Of a DNA stretch of 64,000 nucleotides, positions 53,801 to 64,000 are shown piece by piece. The DNA is taken from NCBI GenBank assembly GCA_965649765.1, contig OZ287748.1, forward strand, positions 105,090,001 through 105,154,000. Reading direction: 5' to 3'. Within the stretch, counting starts at the first letter, position 1, and each line of letters begins with the position of its first letter. The translations under genes were made by a program, and so were the position numbers. The notes beneath the pieces are model-generated. The model was given only the letters and a program-made list of their open reading frames with translations. It was not told where the DNA came from and did no database searches. The stretch comes from Bispira polyomma (taxonomy: Eukaryota).

Positions 53801-56800
53801 TCACTCGGGTTTTCCCCAAAATCGGCCCGTAATCGGGTAACCGGTCCCCCGTCTCACCCCTAATTAATAGCAGATCAAAGGTCCATTTCAATCATGGTTT
53901 TTTATCCGCTGCACGCAAGTTATGGAACAACCTACAACAAAATATTAGATGCTCACCTTTTCTTTCAACCCTTAGAAGCAAACTCAAGACCTCTCTCTAC
54001 CAAAAACTTTATTCCACCTAACACCGTCTTGCCATCACCGACTCCATCACTGGTAACGACCCTATTTACAACACGACTACAGAACAATGATTTTAATGGT
54101 TGTGCCTTAGAATGCCCTAGTATGAAAAGTAAGCACCATTACGAAATTGATTAGATTAGAATAACGACTTGACCAAAGATGAAGCAACATAATCAAAAAA
54201 GACAAATCCATCACTTTTAAAAGGGCCTATTAAAAACAAACTTGAAATAACACAATACACTTCATTCCATGCGTTCCTTGGTCAATATTTTACCTTGACC
54301 TTGTCTGCCACCCATTGGAAATTACGTTTGACCTTGTTCAAGTCGTCAGAGGTCACGGTGTCAAGGTCACGGTACACCTGCTTGTCCTTCATGAGTCGCT
54401 TGTCACCAGACGGCCACAGTCGCCAGGAGTCAGAGTCGATGACATCAGCGAGGATGATCTCACCTACCAGAAAGTAACACAAGAACAGAATGGAGTGGAT
54501 GATCTCACCAAACGGAAAGTAACACGAGGACTGAATGGAGTGGATGATCTCACCTATCAGAAAGTAACAAGGACAGAATGGAGTGGATGATCTCACCTAT
54601 CAGAAAGTAACACAAGGACAGAATCGAGTGGATGATCTCACCTACCAGAAAGTAACAAGGACTGAATGGAGTGGATGATCTCACCTACCGGAAAGTAACA
54701 CAAGGACAGAATGAAGTGGATGATCTCACCTACCAGAAAGTAACAAGGACTGAATGGAGTGGATGATCTTACCTAACGGAATGTAACAGAAGGACAGAAT
54801 GGAGTGGATGATCTCACCTAACGGAAAGTAACACAAGGACAGAATGGAGTGGATGATCTCACCTAACGGAAAGTAGCACGAGGACAGAATGGAGTGGATG
54901 ATCTCACATACCAGAAAGTAACGAAAAGACAGAATGGAGTGGATGATCTCACATACCAGAAAGTAACGCAAGGACAGAATGGAGTGGCCCATGTGGCTTT
55001 TCTTGGGGCTTCCGCAAGTGCTAGACAATGAAAATAATTACTGGGCAGCTACAATACTCCTCTATACTCCTTAAGTTTTGCTAATACACATTCTGTTTGT
55101 TTCAGATACCGAAAATTATTTGTTTCTATTATCTACCTAATTGAATGCAGTTTATTATCAGAAGTGAGTTTCGCTAAATAAAACAAGCACATTTCCAATG
55201 ACATTGCAAATAGAAGTTATAAATCTGCAAAAATGTAGCATGACTGGTTATATTTTCTAAATATATTGTACCTGTTTATGTAAGTTAAGGTTTTTCAGCC
55301 ATTTCATGTCCATTGTACCGATACAGCAATATTTACTTTCGGTCAGCAAGAATTTTCGTCTCAATACCGACACCACCGTCCCAACCCTACTTGGAATAAG
55401 CTAGCCAAATAAGTATGTCATACATACTGGTTTTCTTTTATTGTTTCATCATTTTTACAGTTTCTTAAATTTTTACAGCAAAAATCATCTCGCCTTGCAA
55501 AAAATAAATCATAAACAATATCACAAATCTATTTTTGCTGTACAATAGTACATAGAACCTCCACTACCCAATCTGCAGTAAATCTTAGAATGGATTTGAT
55601 GGACATTCTTTCAGTCTCCAAAATTTACTACTACTTGGTATTTTATACTAAACTGCCTCTTATTTTGTCCAAACAACAGTTTCCTTTCCAGTGTTGTTTG
55701 GACAAATGTGATTTTGCTGTGCTATCTTTTAGAGGTGTGACGGGCATGGCCCCAGTAATCGTACAGGTCTAACCATCTCAAATTTGGGTACCCGCAAATT
55801 TAGTATGAACCAATCTAAGAAACCAGCCTGGCAATATGGTGGCTGATGTAAATTTAGATTAAAAATAGCAAATATCAGGAAAACGTATATTGCTTGCAAG
55901 AATTAGAGCAAAATTTTTGTTCTGCTGAAGTGATTTATGACTACAGGCAATCGTGCAAGATATTACAATTCTCAAACATTGCTGAGTTCATAAATTGCTA
56001 GTTTCACTTTGGTTTCCAAACAAATTGGGCGCATTTGGTTTAAATGCTAAAACGATCTATTGGAAGTCAAAAGCAAGAACCGGTTTGACCAAAAAATATA
56101 TAATTAAGAAGAATTATTGCACAAAATTGTGTAGAAACCTTGCAATATCACCATATCTACATCATAACCATCTTATTATGGGCTAATTTAATATATTTTT
56201 GAATTAAAAGTTTTGTGAAAATCAATATCCTGTTTAGAGTTACATTTTTGTTTGTTTTATGTATCATTGGACATTTTCAGGTGGGAACCAAAATTTAAGA
56301 TTTTCGCCCAAACTTTTCTTTTGGAAACCAGTTATAAATAAAATATTCGAATGAAACACTACTTAATATGATGCAGTGCTGTACATCAACCTCAGTGCTT
56401 ACCCGAGCTGGTGTCTACACCAAACTCAATCTTCATGTCAATCAGTGCACAGTCCAGAGACGCCCAGGCCCGCTCTAACACCTCAAACACAGTCACCGTA
56501 GTGCGAGCCATCACATCGTACTCTTCTTGGCCAATCACAGTGTCACCAAACTTAAACTCAGAAGCCAAAATCTGCTCCATAGACCACTGGGGGTCACCAG
56601 CTGCATCATCCTACAACATAACCACAGAGTATGACTCACACTGGGATATAACGACAGAGTGTGACTCACATTGTGATATAACCAGAGTACAGCCACAATC
56701 TGCTCCATGGACCACTGGGATCCACCAGCTGCATCATCCTGGAACATAACCACAGAGGGTGACTCGCACTGACATAAAACCACATAGTATGACTCGCCCT

Positions 56801-59800
56801 GGAGCATAACCAACGAGCGTGACTCACACTAGAAAATAACCACAAAGTATGACTCACACTGGAAAATAACCACAAAATATTGCTCACACTAGAAAATAAC
56901 CACAAAGTATGACTCATCCTGGTGCAAAAAACAAGAGTACAACTCACCCTGTGATATAACCACAGAGTAGAACTTACACTGGAATATAACCATAGGCAAC
57001 CTACATCATATCCACATGTCATCAACCTTTGAGCAGTTGAGCATTACAAATATTAAATAACCGCAAAACGTAAAGCTACTAGTGAGGGTAATTGGTCTGT
57101 CTTTTGCAGGTTAACTAATTGCTTAATTGTCCAACCGATGATCGACCTGTAATCGATTATTCACATAAGTACATATGTTTTTATTGTTAAGTTACCCATC
57201 CTGCCATCCCGGGGGAATATATTGTCCTGGAATCTAGAAGCCTGCCCTACTAATAGGTGCTAGCTATTAATAGTTTTTTTTGCAAAAGATTCTAAAATTC
57301 CTGAAGAGCAAATTTGTGTTTTTCCATTTTTGGCAAAAATTTGAAAATTCGAAATGGCCGCCATTTTTGGGAAGAGACAAATTTTGGGAAAATTGCCAAT
57401 ATCACATTTTTTATATACCCTGTGGGTCGAAAATTTCGACGAAATCGCTCTATCTCGCACGGTTAAGGAGATAGAAGCAATTTGTGTTTTTCCATTTTTG
57501 CCAAAAATTCGAAAATTCAAAATGGCCGCCATTTTTGGTGAGAGCAAAATTGTTTGAAGATTGCCAAGAGTACAATTCTTAGATACCCTGTGGGTCGAAA
57601 ATTTCGACAAAATCATTCTATCTCATACGGTTAAGGCGATAGAAGCAAATTTGTGTTTTTCCATTTTTGGCAAAAATTCGAAAATTCAAAATGGCCGCCA
57701 TTTTTGGGGAGAGGAAAATTTTTTGAAAATTGCCAAAACTACATTTTTTTAGATACCCTGTGGGTCGAAAATTTCGCCAAAATCTCTCTATCTCTCACGG
57801 TTAAAGAGATAGACTGAAATTTGTGTTTTTCCATTTTTGGCAGAAATTCGAAAATTCAAAATGGTCGCCATTTTTGGGGAGAGCAATAAACACCCATACC
57901 AAATTTGGTAAAAATAGGATAAATGACCGGAAACCAAGCGTGACAGACGGCAGACGCTGGAAAAAGCAAATATAATATGTCCACCCCCCACTGGGGTGGA
58001 CATAATAACTATAAGATGAATAGCAATTATTCTGACACACATTTTCTTCAAGTCACAAGACCTCAATTATTCACCCAAGTGAAACACATAATAAATAAAA
58101 CCTTTTTATCAAATTCCAACTGATACATTCTTAACTGAGAAAATGTACTTGCTATAATTCCAGTTTCTAGTAGACAGATAAAATAAAGTAAGTTACATAC
58201 CTTAAAGAAGGTTTCCAGCTTTGGGGGACAGAATCGGTAGCCCTCTTTAACCCCAGGGTTTCTCTTTAGAAATGACCCAGTGGCTACACGTCGTGTCACC
58301 CACTCAATTGGGACCATGTGACAATTGTTGGCCAGGAAGGAGGTGTCATCCGACTGTTGTACAAAGTGGCTTTTGATGCCTACAGAAAACAGAAAGAATT
58401 GCTCATCAGTTTGGAACAATCCATGATAACTTGGCTTACCCACACAGGAACTCTCACTAAATTGCAGTCCTTTAGCAATAAACTAAGGACTTGTACTTTT
58501 ATTTTTAATGATGCTTCTTCTACCATAGTTTAGCTTTCGTATTGGTCGTTTGCAATATTACTTCACCACTTTCGGGCACTGGCTTATAATTGATGCCCCT
58601 TCAATAAGTCCATTTTACGAATCTTCTATTATCTAAATAAAACTTTGCTCTCCAAACATTAGTGGTGTCATCACGAGCGACGATTGCGCACATTCACCGG
58701 TGATGATATGCCTGGGCGATAATCAGGAGTTTACAAATATGTGCAATGCATCTCACACAAATAAAATAAAGAAATGTATATATACATTTAAAGCCCATGG
58801 ATTAGAAAGTAAAATATTTTGCAATATATATTCTATCATATATCAACGAAACGTCCCGAAAACGGTTTTGATCTATTCTAGCATGTATATATCACGTGTA
58901 TCATCGTTAGGAGTACCCCAAAGCACCAACTTCTATATAAGGATATTTAACTTTGACTCGGCAGTAATCGCTCACATATATTACCTTATATCTGTTTTTC
59001 GATGCTGTGGTTATATACAGTACACAGCAAACACGAGTTACAGGTGTAAGTTATTTTAATTTATGTGACTGTAACTTATAAAAACTGTAGTCATGGATAT
59101 GATTATTTAGAAACTGAACAAAATATTTTACTTTAAAAATCCATGTGCTTCAATGACGATAAATACCGCGATATCGCTTACGGTCCACTCCACAGCCTCG
59201 ATTCGCAATATACACTGGCGATGACACCACTACCCAACATGTTCCGATAACAGAGGTTGCACTGTACAAATTTGGAAGAATAGAAATAAAATCACAAACA
59301 ATCGAATATATCCAGTAAACAGAAATTCAGAAAACGTAAGTTCTACAGTTTTTAAGCCAATAGCTATATATATAGATGAAATTGGATTTATAAGCAAAAA
59401 AGAATTGTCAATAAACATTATTAATAAAACTTGCACCATTTTATTAAAGAAACATAATTAAGTGGTTAAAGAATTGGAGAAATATATAAATGTGAACAAA
59501 ATAGGTTGATGTTTTCTCTGCCCTATTGGACACTTGGCTCACCTGCTTCAGCTAGAAACTCAAAGATACGACAGGTGGTGTCCGTGGAGATAGCCGCCTT
59601 TCCCTCCAGATCGTTGCTCCGTGTTGCGTTGTGGGCGGTGATTCTGTCCTTTGACTGTAGCACCACCTGATGGTCATTCCCCACAACACTGTACACCTGC
59701 TTGGTTTTACCTTCTGCCAACAGCTTACCTTTCTCTGCACCTGAAATTTGGTCAAACAGGAAGTAAGAATTAAGCATTCAAAATATGAAGAATACAGAAA

Positions 59801-61734
59801 AACCGGCTCAAGAGACCACCTCTTTATTAGTGAGACCGTCTCTATAGTAGGACCACCTCTATATTAGTGAGACAACCTGAATCTAATGACCACACTTTCA
59901 TTTCCCTGTAGGCTTATATTTAAATATTATCCAATCTCTATATAAACTATAAAGATCACCACCATGTAAATACCACTTTCAGGGTTCCCCTTGGGTGACA
60001 AGTAGGCAGGTTGCTGCTCATGGACTGTCTTAAAAATGAGGACATTTACCTTGAATTTAATACGCATCTTTAGGTAGAGTGCAACCTAGATTGTTGGACC
60101 ATAACATATGAACAAGATACTGCCCACAAAGGAGTCCCTTAAACTCCCTTTCCACCAAGCTAGGCATTTTAATGGGTGCGTGGCTGCTAATGGGAGTTGA
60201 TGGAATGATTTATTGATATTAAAATATCGATCCAACACAGTATTTAAATAGTTTTAGAACAACAACTAAATTAATTATACTGAATGTGACAATAGCCAGC
60301 CTGCACTGGCAGGTAACCCAGCCCAGGTAACCAAGCCAGGTAACCCAGCCCAGGGGTGCTTCCAATTATGTGGATGGGTGTCCCATGAGACTTGTATTTG
60401 AATTGTGTGAAGGTGTGATTATATGGAAATGCCAGGGGAACAAGTAATCCAGACAGGAATACATTGCATAGCCATACAAGAAGTTAGATCACTAACAGAT
60501 GTGAAGCAGAATGCTCATGTTACCATTTGAGGAAGAGGTAGGAAACAAGGATAACTTAGAAGAGTCAGCTATTCAATGAAATAGCAAAGCTATGTACCTT
60601 CCACCAACACAAATTTTTTAATAGTGCCATTACAGTTGGGCTTAGATTTTATTAGCTACATGTAATTTATACAATACACCAAATACCAGAAATCCAGTGA
60701 ACATTTTGGTATGCAGTGCGTCCTCAAGGTATAATTAAATGCCTCAAAAAATCAGTAAATGTGTTAGCAAATTTCACTCCTAAAAATTTGTGAAGGTATA
60801 ATTGCTGGAAGTTAGTCATCATATATGGGTGGCGCTGGCTTCGGCCTACCCTTGGCCTCGGCCACCCAGTAAAATCAATACAAAGTAAGTGTAAACATCA
60901 AAATGGCCGAAGCCAAGGGTAGGCCGAAACCAGCGCCACCTGCGTACAAGATCCAGTCTATAGTACACACAAACACTGTGAATGGCATCTCCTTCTAACA
61001 TGATTACTTGACATGTGGTAAAACTCTGCGTATAAAGAATTTACCAGGCTTTGTCGGGTACCATTCCTATAGTATCAATTGCTGTAGTGATCTGTATTTT
61101 ACTTTGACTGATAAATTAATTATATTGATCCCTAGCTAGAACAGGCAAAAAGCCACAATGGTAGTCTGTGAATTTAAGGCTCTGAGTAGAAGATGGATAT
61201 CTTCAGCAATATAAATAGTTTATTTGTGGAGTTATTATAACTGTCATACACTACTTTTAGTGTGAAGAACATATATATTGTTAGTATATTTAAAATCTTC
61301 ATTATTTATTTTATTTATTTCTGAGAACTTGTCAAAAATTAGTATCATTTAAAATATAAATTGGTAATTAAAAGCAGTGCATGTGTATACCATAAACTAG
61401 TATATGCCCTATAGATATTCCCAGACTGATCACAACATAGTCAATAAAATTAAATACTGCAGTGGTACTGACACATTAATACACACAGGAAATCACACAA
61501 TATAGAACAGATGAAAGAAGTGTACTGAACCCATTGACCCCCTCCCCCACACCCTCCTATACACACACAAAACACAGATTTGTAAAGTGCACTTTCATAC
61601 CACTAAACTGACGAACATGTAACTTATGTAGTCATTGTAGACATGCATCAAGCTTTTAAAAACAACCTCTTCAAATAGTCGTCTTTTGAAGCTGCTCAAA
61701 ACGATAAATAATCACTTCTTTACTTACCACTCAT
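47802..61734 (-). CDS. PAICS: Bifunctional SAICAR synthetase / AIR carboxylase; exons 61734-61728, 59740-59543, 58379-58201, 56610-56403, 54463-54294, 51706-51529, 50442-50284, 47974-47802; 423 aa
   Basis: All introns GT-AG; exon lengths sum to 1272 nt in frame. [91 protein letters not shown]. Confidence 0.97.
48546..49807 (+). mobile_element. HINE-like element (same family as 46178) in PAICS intron 7
   Basis: AACTAGACCTAG start, more repeat units, 3' hairpin truncated after GTATCCACCGGAG. Confidence 0.8.
50443..50612 (-). repeat. 125-bp tandem duplication of the PAICS exon 7 acceptor and 5' half
   Basis: Second CCAG|GT at 50568/50567 followed by [19 protein letters not shown]-encoding sequence with a 2-nt insertion. 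Confidence 0.9.
50888..51268. repeat. Minisatellite of CCTGTCTA / CCCTTCGG 8-mer modules in PAICS intron 6
   Basis: Direct tandem repeats of 16-24 bp; they explain the two low-complexity ORFs here. Confidence 0.95.
51827..53862. mobile_element. Non-autonomous hAT element (15-bp TIR, 8-bp TSD)
   Basis: TAGGGGTGAGACGGG ... CCCGTCTCACCCCTA, flanked by ATTAATAG at 51819-51826 and 53863-53870. Confidence 0.9.
52074..53733 (+). mobile_element. HINE-like element with repeats of about 132 bp nested in the hAT element
   Basis: AACTAGAAA start; about 5 units containing AAAAGACGCAGAAATTCAAGATGGCCGCC; 3' hairpin CCCTTTTCAAGGG. Confidence 0.6.
53895..54160 (+). mobile_element. 3' end of an L2-type LINE
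   Basis: A.KLWNNL..NIR...KLKT C-terminal motif and (ATTAG)n tail. Confidence 0.65.
54452..54987 (-). repeat. Minisatellite of 12 x 43-45 bp containing the PAICS exon 5 splice acceptor
   Basis: Units start at 54452, 54497, 54542, 54585, 54630, 54673, 54718, 54761, 54806, 54851, 54896, 54941; sense consensus ..TGTTACTTTCTGGTAG|GTGAGATCATCC. Confidence 0.95.
55730..55852 (+). mobile_element. Decayed left end of the same hAT family
   Basis: TAGAGGTGTGACGGG..GGGTACCCG.AAATTTAGTATG..GGCTGATGTAAA matches 51827-51958. Confidence 0.7.
56611..56995 (-). repeat. 30-bp minisatellite (about 12 units) at the PAICS exon 4 acceptor, with an embedded partial exon copy
   Basis: Sense unit TGTGAGTCATACTCTGTGGTTATGTTCCAG; copy of the first 47-48 nt of exon 4 at 56738-56691. 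Confidence 0.9.
57232..58008 (+). mobile_element. HINE/pearl-like element with about 3.5 repeats of about 169 bp
   Basis: Repeats with CAAAATGGCCGCC and CCCTGTGGGTCGAAAA; short CAGACGG microsatellite; terminal hairpin TATGTCCACCCC-CCACT-GGGGTGGACATA. Confidence 0.8.
60828..60940 (-). repeat. 37-bp GC-rich inverted repeat with a 39-nt spacer in PAICS intron 1
   Basis: 60828-60864 versus 60904-60940, two mismatches. Confidence 0.9.
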
Positions 61735-62432
61735 GTTGTTTTCCTTCTGTTTCTCCACACAAATCAAAACACGTGCCAAGTGCAGTACCGGTTCACACGG
61801 AGGTAAACTCCATCTTCTTACAGTAAAAAATTAGTTCCATAAAATAAAATCCAAATAAATCATATTGGGGAATATTTGACATTTCACTATGAAGTCAAAT
61901 TTGAGATAATAAAGCAAACTTATGAAAATACATTAATATTTCAATATATAGGCATCGATAGGTTTAATTTAATGTATGAATCTTGATGTACCTTTTTAAG
62001 GGATAAATACTCCCTGAAACACGTGTGGGTCACTTGTGGTTTTTCTGAAAAGGGGTGTGAACTTTTATTTAAGATAAAATATCTCTCCAAAAAACCCAAT
62101 GGCTGTTCAAATAACAGGAAACATCTGATTTGTAGCTTACATCACTTCAAAAATTACCAAACGTTGATGTAACTAATTATTAAATGGCATAAATTCATTT
62201 TTCCTTGGACAAAAACGAAAGTACATTAAGGCTTCCCTACCTCCCTCAAATGGAAAAAAGTTTTAAAAACACGTGTTGGACGAAAGTTTTGTTAAACAAC
62301 AAAAACTTTTTCCCACTTTGTCAGTGAATGTGAAAAGAGAAAAAAAAAGCAAGTACTTGTCGAATGATATACTGAACACAAAGAATATATCTATCTATTA
62401 AATTTTGTTCAGGGAGGCTTTTTAGTTAACGA
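61735..62432. promoter_or_regulatory. PAICS-PPAT bidirectional promoter and 5' UTRs, with three E-boxes
   Basis: 698 bp between divergent ATGs; CACGTG at 61770, 62020 and 62270; DRE-like ATCGATA at 61954. Confidence 0.8.
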
Positions 62433-62569
62433 ATGGCGGCGGCAGTAAATGCAGACAGTGGGATGCAGGAGGCGTGTGGAGTGTTTGGATGTGTTGGTGC
62501 CGGTAGCTGGCCCACTCAGCTGGAGATAGGCAGTATCATCAGTATGGGACTCACTGGATTGCAGCACAG
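62433..62569 (+). CDS. PPAT: Amidophosphoribosyltransferase exon 1 (gene continues beyond the window)
   Basis: MAAAVNADSGMQEA-CGVFGCVGAGSWPTQLEIGSIISMGLTGLQHR: propeptide, Ntn Cys and LQHR motif; phase-2 donor AG|GTTTGT. Confidence 0.95.
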
Positions 62570-64000
62570 GTTTGTGGGAATAGCTTGCATGTCATAATGT
62601 GTGTGTGTGTGTAGGGGGGTGGGGGATAGTACCATGGGTCAATGTCGGAGAAAGATGGGTGTGGGTTTTAATCAAATAATATTCAAATGTAATAAAAGAG
62701 TTTTAATACAGAAAATATATATTAAAATGATATGTCAGAACTGTAATTAGTGTTTTGAAAGTCTGAAATTAACAGCTAATAAATAATTAATAGGTATTGA
62801 CTTGCATTAAAAAATGGCATTAAAGGTTATACATGTATAAAACCGTATCTAAATATCATTATCGTATTTGATGTAATTATCGCACAGTGCCCTTAGAAAA
62901 ACAATCGCCACTATTAATGAGGTTTCAAGTGACTTCCTAGTAACCGCCCAGACTTGCAATCTGTCTCTTTACAGATGAAATGTCTGGAGACCCCATGTAG
63001 AAATATATCAGTGCCTGTATTGAGGTGATCTTACTCCTCTACATACTGTATCTGTATAATACTGCAAAACCTCCTAATGGAGTAACTCTTCCATACAAGT
63101 CTACAAATGTCGAGTTAATGTCACCTTATTTAACTAATGCAAAAGAAAATGTGTAAATAATATGTCACTACAGGATAGAAATATTATATAATTATTACCA
63201 AGCCAAAAATTAACTGGTTTGATTGAACACTTATGAATTAAAAATGTGAGGTTAGCAATTTTTATTTAGTTTAAGGCTGATTCTTAGTTTTTAAAATAGA
63301 TAGCATATCTTTTGCAAGTGTGTTCCTGCTGGTAAATTTTACAATCTATCTGATAACAGAAAGCTCCACAATGAAGTACATGTATTACTATTACATTTTG
63401 CTGTAAAACTGAAAGTTATTGAAAAATTTATTTGGTAACTTTACTAACTTATGTATACTCTCTTTTTGTCAGTATAATAAATTATCTCATGTTTTAAAGG
63501 CATTACTTTTACAGCATACAACAAGACATAAAATGTGTTCTTGGCAAATTGAACTTGAAGCAAAATTTTGATCATTTACTATAACTTTTTACTAGATTTT
63601 AATGGCCATTTGCCCCATCCACTTGATGGCTGGACAGAAAAAGTAACCTTGCTTGGGCTTGTATTTTACATAATTGATCTAAACAGTATATTTATTTATT
63701 TATTAATTTCCTTTATTACAGACTGAACTAGTCCATGTGATATTAGATACATGTATAAAAAACAAAAATAAAAAAAATTAGCTATGTAAAACCCGTGGTA
63801 CAATAATTATGTTGTAGTAATATTATACACACAATTGATTTATTTAGTCATAAATGAACTCACATAATAATCAATACAGTTAGACACACAGTTAACTATA
63901 ACTCTATTTTAATTTAACATTATTGTTTTAACAATATATTATAGATTTTATTCCATGTACATTAATCATGTTACACTCATTGGAAGTCATTATTATGTCA

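Noticed and set aside
54452-54987. CRISPR-like regular array
   Set aside because: The units are wholly repeated with no unique spacers, there are no cas genes, and the context is a eukaryotic intron.
47802-62569. Bacterial pur operon or horizontal transfer
   Set aside because: Spliceosomal introns, the fused animal-type PAICS and the PPAT propeptide show these are native animal genes.
62570-64000. Further PPAT exons
   Set aside because: No GQESAG-encoding sequence was found; the region appears to be intron 1.

Overview
AT-rich, repeat-dense animal genomic DNA, probably a lophotrochozoan such as a mollusc or annelid (inferred from the secreted tyrosinase type and repeat families). There are three host genes. 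(1) A five-exon secreted tyrosinase on + (14903-20925) with one frameshift in its last exon. (2) A complete eight-exon PAICS on - (61734-47802, 423 aa). (3) Exon 1 of PPAT on + (62433-62569), head-to-head with PAICS across about 700 bp containing three AAACACGTG E-boxes. The left 45 kb holds five tyrosine-recombinase (YR) retrotransposon copies or remnants: a structurally complete Ngaro-type element with A1-ORFs-B1-A2-B2 split direct repeats (28641-36301), a second long Ngaro-type copy (about 2880-8430), two Ngaro-type remnants, and a DIRS1-type element with ITR/ICR (39340-44724). L2- and L1-type LINE fragments, SINE-like pieces, HINE-like tandem-repeat elements, MITEs and a hAT element with an 8-bp TSD fill much of the rest. 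Two observations stand out. First, the Ngaro elements show retrovirus-like expression signals: a textbook -1 frameshift site between gag and pol, and a phase-1 splice acceptor just after the pol stop that could join the Gag zinc-finger N-terminus to the YR. Second, three PAICS exons are each preceded by tandem copies of their own 3' splice site, and in two arrays the copies also carry donor consensus, suggesting recursive splicing or exon birth. Coordinates were read by eye; transposon boundaries are approximate.
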